Part shown: piece by piece, positions 45,701 to 53,962 of the stretch | Layout: each line of letters begins with the position of its first letter | Numbering within the stretch: the stretch's first letter is position 1 | DNA from: a virus | IMG/VR virus record: IMGVR_UViG_3300025012_000046 | Span: 35,506 to 99,505 of that record | Direction: 5' to 3' (one strand) | Length of the DNA: 64,000 nucleotides | Program-made: the position numbers and the translations under genes | Notes under the pieces: model-generated | What the model was told of the DNA's origin: nothing | Seen by the model: only the letters and a program-made list of their open reading frames with translations | Database searches by the model: none

Positions 45701-46976
45701 TAGCTTCTATCTCAAAAGCATTCAGAGATGTAGTCATAAGTTTTACGGCTTGATCTGGTGTAGCACCTGCTCCTGTAGCAAACATAACTGTTGCTTTGGT
45801 AACATCAGGCATCTGATTTGCATTAACGCCAGCCTGTGCCAACGTCTTCATAACGTCCATAATGCCTTGCGCTGTGAACTTGGAGCTAGCTGCTAAGTTC
45901 AAGGCTACACGCTCAAGCCGCTGCATCTCTTCTACTGAAGCTCCAGAGATAGCTGCGGTATCATGTAAGGCTTGGTTCAAGTCCAACACAGAAGATATAG
46001 AATCTCTTATCTGTGTAGTCATTGCAAACAGTATAGCACGGACACTGTAGAATCTTGCTTCTAGGTTTAGAAGATTAAGTAGACCTCCGTTAAAACCTTT
46101 CATACTCTGTGTAGCTTCTACAATTGCGCCGTTTACATACTTAAACCCTTGTCGCCCTAACCCCTGTAAAAAAGCTTCTGCCTGTTTAGCCTGCGTTTCT
46201 ATATCTTTTGACCACTGCGTTGATACAGGGCCACCAGTTACTTTTCCTGCTTTGTTTGATGCTGAAAATACCTGATTAGCGTAGTTAACGCTGGCAGCAT
46301 GTTCAGCCCACGCCCTTTTTACTATCGCAGCTTCTTCGTCTGCGTCAGCTTTTGCTTGGGCTTTTCGATTATTAGATTCATCTCTTAGTACACGCTTACG
46401 TTCAGCGGCAGCATCCTTAAAAATCTTATTAGCGTAGTTAACGCTGGCTTTGTATTCGGCCCATATCCTATTCTGAAATGCTGCTTCTTCTGCTAAAGCT
46501 TGTTTATTCTCAGACTTTTTAAAAGCTGCTTCTCTTGCTTCCTGATACTTTGCGTAAGCTCTGAGAGAAGTATTAAGTTGCTTCTCTTCTTCAGACAACT
46601 GACGCAGCCTTGCCTTAAATACTTGATCGTTAACCTTTTGCTGATCTTCAGCAGCTTTCTTAGTAGCGGCAGTTTTTTCGTTAAGTCCTTTTTTAGTAAT
46701 GTCTAGGTCTTTCTGCACATACTTCTGGACTTGCTCTATGTCAAACATTTCCTTGAGGCGTTCTTTAGTTTTGGCTGTAGTAGTGCCCCACGCCTTGTTT
46801 AGAAGTTCTACTTGTGTAGTAGTAGCCTTAAACGTATCGTTGATCTTAGTAACGTCTACTAGTTTAGACAAGTCACCAAAAGTATTTTGCAGTTTACTTT
46901 TGATTTGACTTAGGTTAGCGTCAAGCTCCTTAAGATCAAAATATAATTGTATCCCTAAGCGTTCATTAGTAGACAT
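42735..46976 (-). CDS. Tape measure protein
   Basis: 1413 aa, helical and Ala-rich, TP901-type core, C-terminal FADGGVVTGG..KDSVPILA..EFIV. Confidence 0.93.
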   Translation of the reverse strand: MSTNERLGIQLYFDLKELDANLSQIKSKLQNTFGDLSKLVDVTKINDTFKATTTQVELLNKAWGTTTAKTKERLKEMFDIEQVQKYVQKDLDITKKGLNEKTAATKKAAEDQQKVNDQVFKARLRQLSEEEKQLNTSLRAYAKYQEAREAAFKKSENKQALAEEAAFQNRIWAEYKASVNYANKIFKDAAAERKRVLRDESNNRKAQAKADADEEAAIVKRAWAEHAASVNYANQVFSASNKAGKVTGGPVSTQWSKDIETQAKQAEAFLQGLGRQGFKYVNGAIVEATQSMKGFNGGLLNLLNLEARFYSVRAILFAMTTQIRDSISSVLDLNQALHDTAAISGASVEEMQRLERVALNLAASSKFTAQGIMDVMKTLAQAGVNANQMPDVTKATVMFATGAGATPDQAVKLMTTSLNAFEIEAKDSMRVANALTAALNSSKLEAGGLGTAFNYIANEASAMGMSLEESLGIVSAISQKGIMSSTIGTGMSQLLSNLVAPKGRFSALLEKRGVNLDAINPAKNSFADVVKELEKADFTLQEIQSSLDKRVARALVTTLNVGSDGFRRMTEAVTGTNATLIANMKAMEGVRNQMNVVKQEFVIAVNDIGKILSGPLAAAFGLLRTFVAGLNTDGGKFVLALSAISVAAMALIPMIVNLTKTIQALGLATAIFTKLNPWVAALTLGLGAASAAITLFGASQRRSKKELEDYTSQIGKTADKIKQAEDSMNSFVLSITATGVSKVTYNQLTVEQRKALDDLIKNHPEYLSGLNKEKDLLDQINEAQDKVIENKRIGARIGVNSYNFYGDLLKKAETNASNLESELAGAPKETRARNRYFNKLGEKYNDDPTTALKKMKEYIETVKQWQSLSASQAGTFGQVDPMTGLMSFNDDFSSKKKGKIEPGDAVTNAAKERQKELEKAKEEAAKNYLDYLKDVQKNKDKFLSEVEKLEYSTQEREANARIKALEDVLTDTTKTYEEKQSAFEEAKLEIRKKVEAKYSDDRKSIVEGFLSAGATDDLFDDYTKALENLDKKIDADISSEANPLGYKLNKKSGLTSDYYEKQAERRFRTEAQALNLQKEQAKTAEEIRNLDIQILQAQIDSGDMKVKSYQNDLKVLGLSEESVRKKQEEGVELSENERRYINIRDKMEEIVNLNSQLLKQQTELKDTSFGTNFKKGMYKANRGFGDAASMTEDLGYNITNTLETSTESAVNGMIDALGKGENAWRSFKDGIGNILKDIADVLQKYIVKMMVVYAVQQLIGMATASSGGGGSPMTSSTSAGTFTLGANGLSPAQFADGGVVTGGIPGKDSVPILAMPKEFIVRASAVDKYGVDFMQELNAGRVKRFAAGGSVSGVSASASSGKSEQPWVLNIYNIADIESVPRTTGPEIINTVSFSLSKRDVLYRQIKGIMQGN

Positions 46977-47013
46977 TTTAGACCTCTGAATTTGAATGTC
47001 ATTTTCAATTTAT

Positions 47014-47072
47014 AAACAAAAATATGGAGATGAACTGCGGGTTCATCTAGTCCCTGCTCATCTCCATATTTT
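47014..47072 (-). terminator. Terminator-like 15-bp stem with an alternative internal hairpin
   Basis: AAAATATGGAGATGA (47019-47033) / TCATCTCCATATTTT (47058-47072); U-tract on the - strand. Confidence 0.65.
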
Positions 47073-47275
47073 CACTTATACTTTTTCTTTTCTAAAGCAA
47101 TTATTACATTAGCTGCTACTACTGCTATTGTTAGTATAAGCAAGGCAACGGGCCATAACCCAGTAAACGCCAAGAATAGCAGTAACAATATTACTATAAA
47201 AACAATAACCGGGTCTTGTCCCAAAGGCAGCGGAGTCATCTTACCCTTACCAACCAAATTAAGCCACCGTAACAT
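47072..47275 (-). CDS. Moron-like small two-TM membrane protein
   Basis: AAGGAGGT RBS, own promoter, hydrophobic hairpin, basic tail. Confidence 0.65.
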   Translation of the reverse strand: MLRWLNLVGKGKMTPLPLGQDPVIVFIVILLLLFLAFTGLWPVALLILTIAVVAANVIIALEKKKYK

Positions 47276-47298
47276 AGCACACCTCCTTTTTAAAAGAG

Positions 47299-47326
47299 AT
47301 TATACCATGTTTCTCATTATAGGCAA
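47299..47326 (-). promoter_or_regulatory. Sigma70-like promoter of the moron
   Basis: TTGCCT-16 bp-TATAAT with extended -10 TG. Confidence 0.55.
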
Positions 47327-47397
47327 GCTACCAGTCAAAACAAAAATTTAAACCGTTTCTAGCTCTCTGTGCGTCTCTATTTATTATGAAATAGATG

Positions 47398-47735
47398 CTA
47401 TTCTTCAGCGTATTGTGGATAGATTTGAGCAAAGTTTGAACCAAGGCTTTTCTTGAGTTTTGCTATCTGTTCTTCTGACAATTCTATCTCTGAGCCGTCA
47501 GCTAATCCGTACTCCTCGTCATTCTTTTTTCCGCCTAGGGCTGCTGACACAATTTCGATAAATATTTCAACACCAGTATTAAACTTATCAGCGTAATCTT
47601 TTTGTTTGTGTTTGTAAAACTTTAATATCTGGTCCCAAGAAAACATCCACTTAAACCTTTTGAACGCTGTTGGGTTGTAACCAGCTAAGTGCATTATAAG
47701 CAGGTCGTACGTTATTTCTTCGTCTTTGTCTTTTC
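47398..47735 (-). CDS. Tail assembly chaperone, frameshift extension (gpT-like)
   Basis: The -1 frame is open across the upstream stop (KDKDEEITYDLLIMHLAG..). Confidence 0.6.
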
Positions 47736-48113
47736 TTTTTCTGACGCTTGGTTGGCAATCTCCTTCTGTGCTTCGGAGATTGCTAACATAAAATTTGTTA
47801 TAATCTCCTGTACAAGCATAAATGTATTGATAACATCAAGCGTTGACCTACCCTTGCAGGATATTTCATTTACAAGCTTGCCTTCTTCGTCGTATTCAGA
47901 TAGAAGGATTGTTCCAAGTTTGCTGAACTGTGAAACCATAGTCAACAGGTCTGTTTTTATCTCACCAGAAATTGGGTCAATTATTCCACCTTGTCCAGCA
48001 AACTCTTTCAGTATTGCTTCTGTCTTTCCCCAAGGCACGTTAACAGTTTCCCACTTATTCCCAAATAAAATTTGATACTCTGTTTCAGATACTTTCTTAA
48101 ACTTTTCAGACAT
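47712..48113 (-). CDS. Tail assembly chaperone (gpG-like)
   Basis: Between the major tail and tape measure genes; GGAGG RBS. Confidence 0.7.
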   Translation of the reverse strand: MSEKFKKVSETEYQILFGNKWETVNVPWGKTEAILKEFAGQGGIIDPISGEIKTDLLTMVSQFSKLGTILLSEYDEEGKLVNEISCKGRSTLDVINTFMLVQEIITNFMLAISEAQKEIANQASEKEKTKTKK

Positions 48114-48144
48114 TACTACCTCCGGTATTTCTAATATTAAAGTT

Positions 48145-48175
48145 TTAAATAAAGCGGGGTTATAATAACCCCGCT
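48145..48175 (-). terminator. Intrinsic terminator after the major tail gene
   Basis: Inverted repeat AGCGGGGTTAT-A-ATAACCCCGCT, then TTATTT on the - strand. Confidence 0.75.
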
Positions 48176-48215
48176 ATTAAGTATACCACAAAAATTCAGT
48201 TTGTCAAGTAAATTT

Positions 48216-49211
48216 TTAGTGCTCGTAATCCCCTTCATAAAACACTTTTGTATTAGTCAGCCATGTATTTGAAACAACTGCACCGCCAGAAACCTGAGTT
48301 TGTCGTGCAGCGTTAAGTGACCACGACTGGGCACTGTAGGAGTTAGTAGGCGCAAACTCAGGGAAAGTTTCAAGCTTAGCAGAAGGAACATAGTAGCTAT
48401 ACAGAGTTCCGTCAGAAGCTGCCAACATAATCTCGCAAGCCACTGCCCCCATCTTAGAGTCGTTAATAACAGAACTCATCAGCGAACGAAGATGGTCAAT
48501 GTTAGTGTTGGAAAATTCACTAGCTGTGAATGACACTGCAACGGAAGTCTTTGTAATTACTGATGAATATGTTTCAGCCGGAAACCCTGCCTCAAAAATC
48601 TCTTGACTATCAACCTTCGGGCTGAACTTGCTATCCCTAAGCGCTCCAGCGCTTTCATTAGCCTCACTAAAAATAGAGTAAGGGCAGATGATGTTAGTCT
48701 GAATACTGTCCTGAGCAGAACCAGAAACAACTGGGATGATGAAGGTCTGTCCGACAACGCCACCAGCTGTTACGTTACCAGAAACCAGTACTCCAGAGGT
48801 AGTAGCTGATTCAATATTCAGGTTTTTATTAGTGAGCGGAAGTGCCACATCTTCTTCTACGTAACCTGTAGGAGAGAAAATGTCTGCGGTAGCGCCTGCC
48901 GCAGCGCTCAATGTTTTAACTCTGATTATGAACGCTCCGTCTCTAGTTCCGGTATACGTGCCAGAAGCAGCAAGGGTACTAGTAATACCTGTGTTCGAAA
49001 GTGTAGTGCTTGGAACAACAATCTTAACAGAAGTAGAACCATCAACCCCTGTTACTGTAGAAATAGTACTATCAGGAACCTGACGTACTGCTTTAATTAC
49101 CGCCGTGCCTGCTGCTCTTACAGAGGGGGGGCTAAGGCGTACCTGGGCCACGCCTAAAAGGACTTTACCAGCATCGACCGGAACTGGCTGAAATTTCTTT
49201 GCTACCGCCAT
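48216..49211 (-). CDS. Major tail (tube) protein
   Basis: Synteny, AAGGAG RBS, downstream terminator, beta-rich composition. Confidence 0.7.
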   Translation of the reverse strand: MAVAKKFQPVPVDAGKVLLGVAQVRLSPPSVRAAGTAVIKAVRQVPDSTISTVTGVDGSTSVKIVVPSTTLSNTGITSTLAASGTYTGTRDGAFIIRVKTLSAAAGATADIFSPTGYVEEDVALPLTNKNLNIESATTSGVLVSGNVTAGGVVGQTFIIPVVSGSAQDSIQTNIICPYSIFSEANESAGALRDSKFSPKVDSQEIFEAGFPAETYSSVITKTSVAVSFTASEFSNTNIDHLRSLMSSVINDSKMGAVACEIMLAASDGTLYSYYVPSAKLETFPEFAPTNSYSAQSWSLNAARQTQVSGGAVVSNTWLTNTKVFYEGDYEH

Positions 49212-49226
49212 GATTATCTCCTTTAT

Positions 49227-49640
49227 TTAATTGCCTTTATACGACAATCCTATAGTTAAACTTCGTCTCAAACCACCGTTAGACCTTTCTACTACTGGGC
49301 CTAGCGTTGGAGATGTTACCCGCATTTTTCCTACTTCCAAGGTACTGTCTACATCGTATATATCTATTGGCTGTCCTTCTTCAAACAACACAATCAACTG
49401 ACTTATTAGTTTTGCTAAAGTTCTACTGCTATCTATATCTTTATTTTTTACGTTAGCGTGAATGAAAACTAACAACTTAGGCTGTACTCCTAACACAGAC
49501 GAGAGCGGGTCACACACGATCCAAGAGTCAACAGTACTATAATCAGTTAAAAATGGACTCTCTACCACAGGTACGTTAGAATTAACAGAAAGGTACTTGA
49601 ATAAAGATGCCTCTATATTTTCTTGTGTTATAGCAGCCAC
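49227..49640 (-). CDS. Tail terminator protein (putative)
   Basis: Size and position before the major tail gene. Confidence 0.55.
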   Translation of the reverse strand: MAAITQENIEASLFKYLSVNSNVPVVESPFLTDYSTVDSWIVCDPLSSVLGVQPKLLVFIHANVKNKDIDSSRTLAKLISQLIVLFEEGQPIDIYDVDSTLEVGKMRVTSPTLGPVVERSNGGLRRSLTIGLSYKGN

Positions 49641-49671
49641 TATAGTATAACCTCGTTTTTATATACAGTAA

Positions 49672-50359
49672 CTATTGCTGTGTTTCATAAGCTGCACGTC
49701 TCTCTGCCCAAACTTTTTTCTGTGCATCTCTTAGTTTTTGAACATGCCACTCTGGTAACTTCCTGCCAAGTTGTGTCTGTCTAGACTTTTCTTTAGCAGC
49801 TTCACTCATAGGCCTGCCTCTTCTTGCTTCTGATAATTTTCGCTTAGTTTCTTCACTAGCTTTTTTTACCTGTATTAGCCTCACGCAGTTTCTGCCTATG
49901 TTCGTCAGACCGTTCTTTACCTTTATTTGCTACTGATATTTTTGCCTTTGTTTCGTCAGCACACGGACCTCTTATTTTGCCTAAATTAATTTCGCGTAGT
50001 TTTTGTTTCTGTTCTTCAGACATTACAAAACCTGAATTGCCTGCGCCTCCAGTTGCTGAATTTACTAAACTAGCCCCTAAAAATTTTAAATAACTAATCC
50101 AAAATATCTCAGCTACTTCCCACTCTTCTGAGCTAACTACTTCAAGCTCAATTATACTTGGTGTAACTCCACATTTAACTAAATTATTTAACCAATTTGT
50201 TCTGTGATTGGTTTCTCTTTTTATTGCTTTTAAATGACTACGCAAACGCTCTTTAAGTGATTGCACTGTCTTGCCTATATATCTTACCTCATTATTACGT
50301 GGGTCTAATAAAGCGTAAATAGTAGTGTTTTCACATCTCAATATTAATACCTTCCCCAT
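49672..50359 (-). pseudogene. GIY-YIG homing endonuclease with NUMOD3 repeats, frameshifted at an A7 run (49861-49867)
   Basis: IYALLDPRNNEVRYIGKT; SEEQKQKL/SEETKRKLSE repeats continue in a second frame. Confidence 0.85.
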
Positions 50360-50913
50360 CCAGAATTTTCTATAGTTTTGTTTACCCTGCGCCTAACTTC
50401 CTCTACAATTTCATCTTTATTATCTACGAATATTTTATTAGCTATAGTGAATAAAGCTCTCTTAGGCCAACCCCCACCAAAACCAACTAGATCACCTAAA
50501 GTGTCACCGTATTCTGTGTTGATAGCTCTCTTATATTCTTCTGGGTTTCTACTTCCGTCTATCCCCGCGAAATCTCCGTACCTACCGACAGCTTGCTTAG
50601 TTTCTCCGGTATCTTCCCATATAGTCAAAGCAGCAGTGCTTGTTCCATTTTTATACGCTTTATAAGCCATAGTAAATGGTGCTAACCCTGCCCACCAAGA
50701 CCTAGCTGTTCCTAATTCAAAATCCAAAAAAACTGAGCCGCCACTTCCTTTAACCGATCCCATAGCCGCCGCAACTACATTCTTGTACTCATCCAGCAAA
50801 TGAACTTGATAAGATAAAACAGGAGATTTTTCATTTTGTAATTCCCTTGCTATTTTCTCTAGCCTCTGGGTAATTCTATTTAAATCGCTCTTTTTAACCC
50901 TAAGTTCAAACAC
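50344..50913 (-). CDS. Tail completion/neck protein (putative)
   Basis: Synteny; W..LAP.T..K and PKRALF motifs. Confidence 0.55.
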   Translation of the reverse strand: MFELRVKKSDLNRITQRLEKIARELQNEKSPVLSYQVHLLDEYKNVVAAAMGSVKGSGGSVFLDFELGTARSWWAGLAPFTMAYKAYKNGTSTAALTIWEDTGETKQAVGRYGDFAGIDGSRNPEEYKRAINTEYGDTLGDLVGFGGGWPKRALFTIANKIFVDNKDEIVEEVRRRVNKTIENSGWGRY

Positions 50914-50916
50914 TAC

Positions 50917-51546
50917 CTACCTCTTATCAAAATCGCAATAACAAACCCAAAGTCCAACCAAAGAAGACTTGTCAATATTCTCTATCTGTAGAACATCTCC
51001 GTTGTCTGTTTCTATACGATCATTTATTTTTACGCCAACTTTACTTTGAAGCACTACTTTTATCTTATTATCAGGGTTAAGGCCTTCTACGTATTCTGAT
51101 ACGCCAAAGCTTTGAGGGTTAACCATTAACTTCACATTACTAGCTAGTATGGTGAAACCTGTAGTTGATCTTCCAAAAAAGTCTGGTGTTGCGTCTCCTA
51201 TTCTTCTAATAGTAGCTACAGCACTTACTTTGTATAAAGTTGCATCTTTGTATGCGTAAGTTCCGTTACTGCCACCACCAAATATACCCTTTACGTCCAT
51301 AACAAGATAGTAAGAACTGTCTACTCTATCTTGTATCAAGTCACCATTCTGTACGTCAGAGTTTCCTTCTAGTCTGCAATCATGCACCTTAGTTCGCACA
51401 AAAGGGCTAGCCGCAGCAACGTTTACTTCGGCGTAGCCATAACTATAACTATCACGATCAACATTATAAATGCGAGGTAGCCCATTGTAGACCCCGTTGT
51501 TATTCTTTAATCGCCTGAGTGAAACATTGTATGCGAACTTTGACAT
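50917..51546 (-). CDS. Head-closure/neck protein (putative)
   Basis: Synteny; two beta-barrel-like halves (VQNGDLI, VKINDRI). Confidence 0.5.
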   Translation of the reverse strand: MSKFAYNVSLRRLKNNNGVYNGLPRIYNVDRDSYSYGYAEVNVAAASPFVRTKVHDCRLEGNSDVQNGDLIQDRVDSSYYLVMDVKGIFGGGSNGTYAYKDATLYKVSAVATIRRIGDATPDFFGRSTTGFTILASNVKLMVNPQSFGVSEYVEGLNPDNKIKVVLQSKVGVKINDRIETDNGDVLQIENIDKSSLVGLWVCYCDFDKR

Positions 51547-51648
51547 GTATTACCTTTAGTGTTAAGTATAATTTACATTTATAGTGGTTTTTGTAAATTA
51601 TGTTTTACATAAAGAACATTTTGTAAACTATTAGTTTACGTTGCTGTG

Positions 51649-52224
51649 TTATACTATAATAAAACGTTTGTATTTATCCAAAACCCTAGCCACTGCCGGT
51701 GTAATGTCCACTTTGTCATATTCAACTTCGTCCTGCTCAAAGCGCTCTTTATTTACACCTATATTCTCAGTGGTAACTCTATTAAAATATCTAACTACCA
51801 TTTCGGTAGCTGCCATCTTAAGTGACGATGGTATTTCAGAGTAACCGCCAGTGAAGCTTACTGTTACATTTTGAGTTCCAGCTGTGAAAGATGTTAAGGT
51901 TGCACTACCGGGTTTAAAATACAAAATACCTTCGTCGTCTATCGAAAGTATGTCTGCTGTTACGTCTGTTACTGCTCCTGAAGAATCTGATACGGTAACA
52001 GACGATACATTAGATATTGGATATACTTTAAGGTCAAACTGAGCAAGCCCTGTGCCGTTATACTTTTTGTCTGTGTAATCTTGTGCAAGTACATGCCAGC
52101 CACAATAATCTTCTATAAGACCGTCTACCATCTCAATCAACATTTCTACCTGTATAGTAGATAGTTGGTCAAGCTCTTCTTTATTCAAAAAATGTTGTAC
52201 TGTTTCAGTATCAGTAAACGACAT
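51649..52224 (-). CDS. Head-tail adaptor protein
   Basis: IEDYCG..NVTVSFTGGYSEIPSSLKMA..VLDKYKR. Confidence 0.82.
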   Translation of the reverse strand: MSFTDTETVQHFLNKEELDQLSTIQVEMLIEMVDGLIEDYCGWHVLAQDYTDKKYNGTGLAQFDLKVYPISNVSSVTVSDSSGAVTDVTADILSIDDEGILYFKPGSATLTSFTAGTQNVTVSFTGGYSEIPSSLKMAATEMVVRYFNRVTTENIGVNKERFEQDEVEYDKVDITPAVARVLDKYKRFIIV

Positions 52225-52524
52225 TTATTTTACCTTTTTAGGTCTGCCAACTTGTTTAGTTTCTATTTTAAGGTTTGATTCCAAATTAATTATCTTAAGT
52301 TTATCTTCAGGTGTTTCTATGTTAAATTCTTTAGTAGCGCTAGGTTTTTCTGTGTTGTCATTTGTAGGTTTTTCTGTTGTAGCTATAACTTCAAAATCTG
52401 CTGGGAATGTATCTACCAGATATTGTTTTTGTTCTTCTGTTATTTCAGGTCTATTTGTGGTTTCTTCTCCAGGTTCAAGTGAGAAGAACCTGTTTGAATA
52501 ATTTACTTTACTTTTGAGTTGCAA
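52225..52524 (-). CDS. Hypothetical head-associated protein
   Basis: GGAG RBS, TTG start, C-terminal GRPKK. Confidence 0.6.
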   Translation of the reverse strand: MQLKSKVNYSNRFFSLEPGEETTNRPEITEEQKQYLVDTFPADFEVIATTEKPTNDNTEKPSATKEFNIETPEDKLKIINLESNLKIETKQVGRPKKVK

Positions 52525-52544
52525 GGTTGTCTCCAGTTATTTTA

Positions 52545-52577
52545 TATTAAAGGCGGGAGGGGCATTGCACCCCTCCC
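52545..52577 (-). terminator. Terminator after the major capsid gene
   Basis: GGGAGGGG / CCCCTCCC stem. Confidence 0.7.
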
Positions 52578-52590
52578 TAGTTGGCAGGTA

Positions 52591-53940
52591 TTAAATGTTG
52601 TAGCCCACTGCGCAGAACTTCGCGGTATCAGAGCCAACTCTTTCGAAGTCAAGTCTCTGACTGCCGATGAGATTAGTGGTTTGAGAGAGCGGGTTTCTCC
52701 ATAATTCGAGGGAAAATTCAGTTCTATCTCCCCACAAATAACCATTCTTGTTAACAAGTACGCAGGTCTTTTTGGTCGCAGTGTTAGAATCCCAAACGCC
52801 GGAAGCATTCAGAAGACCAAGTGCGTCAGCAGCGTCAGTAGCCCCAGCAGGAAGCAGTTCAGTTACAATAATTGGGATACCGTCAAGACGGCCAAGCTCA
52901 CCGTTCTGGATAACTGCACCAGCACCGTACTGATACAGGAACTGATACCCAGTGAAACCAAGACACGCATTGTACTGTGCCATGTCCATAATGTAGGCAA
53001 TATCACCCGGCTTCTTACCGTACTTGCCCATCTGGGTACGAAGTGCGCGGAGGTTATCAGCGGTGAAACCTGAAGCAGCGCCGAAGTCTACTTTAGCGTT
53101 CAAGTTCATAGCATCCCTACGGATACCATTAACCAGACTACGAACGTCGCTAGCGGCAGGTACTTGACCGGAAGCATAAAGCTTATTACCACTAATCTCA
53201 CCATTAAGACACATGGTTTCCTGAGCAAGTGCGAAGGCCTCAATCAACTGAGTACGTAGGAAGTTAAGAGCCGGAACAAGAGAGTCCTGCTCAAACTCGT
53301 CGGTCATCTCAACGATTGCCATGATTTTCTTAGCGGTGAACACCAGTTTATCAGTGGTCGGCTTTTTCTTATCTACTGTAACACCTTCGGTGGTAGCAAG
53401 GGCTATGATCCTACCGGGATTGAATGGCAGGGTATAGGTAGGAGCAGGCATCTGAATCCTACGGAACAGCTTAGCGATTTCAAGGTTAAGCCAGATTTCT
53501 TCGTAAAGAGTAGAACTAAATGCTTCAGGAATCCACTCAGCACCAGTTCCAGTCCCGCCAGTAGTCATGGCATCAACTGCATCAAAAGTAGCAGCAGTTT
53601 TAATTGCGTCAGCATACATCGGGAGAGCTTTGATCCTATCGAAAGCAGCCTGATTGAATGCCTTAGTGTTAACATCGTGGCACAGCGCTTTGGCAAGGAA
53701 AAGTTCATCAAGACGAGTCTCTACTTCAGACTTACGCGCCTTGTCGAACGTCGCACCCTTCATCTGTGCAATTTCAAACTGGTGCTTCTTCTCAGAAAAC
53801 TCCTTCTGTACCTCTGCCAGTTTGGATTGAAGCTCCTTAACTTCACCGGAAGTAGCCCCAAACTCGTCAAATTTTTCTTTAATAGTCAGAGTAAGCTGTG
53901 CTACTGCTTTCTCAAGTTGTTCAACAATTGCTTTATCCAT
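52591..53940 (-). CDS. Major capsid protein, HK97 fold with N-terminal scaffold (delta) domain
   Basis: Coiled-coil N-terminus, GAEWIPEAFS, E..CLNG, LDGIPIIVT, RLDF. Confidence 0.92.
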   Translation of the reverse strand: MDKAIVEQLEKAVAQLTLTIKEKFDEFGATSGEVKELQSKLAEVQKEFSEKKHQFEIAQMKGATFDKARKSEVETRLDELFLAKALCHDVNTKAFNQAAFDRIKALPMYADAIKTAATFDAVDAMTTGGTGTGAEWIPEAFSSTLYEEIWLNLEIAKLFRRIQMPAPTYTLPFNPGRIIALATTEGVTVDKKKPTTDKLVFTAKKIMAIVEMTDEFEQDSLVPALNFLRTQLIEAFALAQETMCLNGEISGNKLYASGQVPAASDVRSLVNGIRRDAMNLNAKVDFGAASGFTADNLRALRTQMGKYGKKPGDIAYIMDMAQYNACLGFTGYQFLYQYGAGAVIQNGELGRLDGIPIIVTELLPAGATDAADALGLLNASGVWDSNTATKKTCVLVNKNGYLWGDRTEFSLELWRNPLSQTTNLIGSQRLDFERVGSDTAKFCAVGYNI

Positions 53941-53962
53941 TTTAAATCTCCTTTTATTATAC

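Noticed and set aside
46275-46448. 21-bp exact direct repeat (ATTAGCGTAGTTAACGCTGGC) as an att or recombination site
   Set aside because: It is an in-frame duplication (ASVNYAN) inside the tape measure gene, and no integrase is present.
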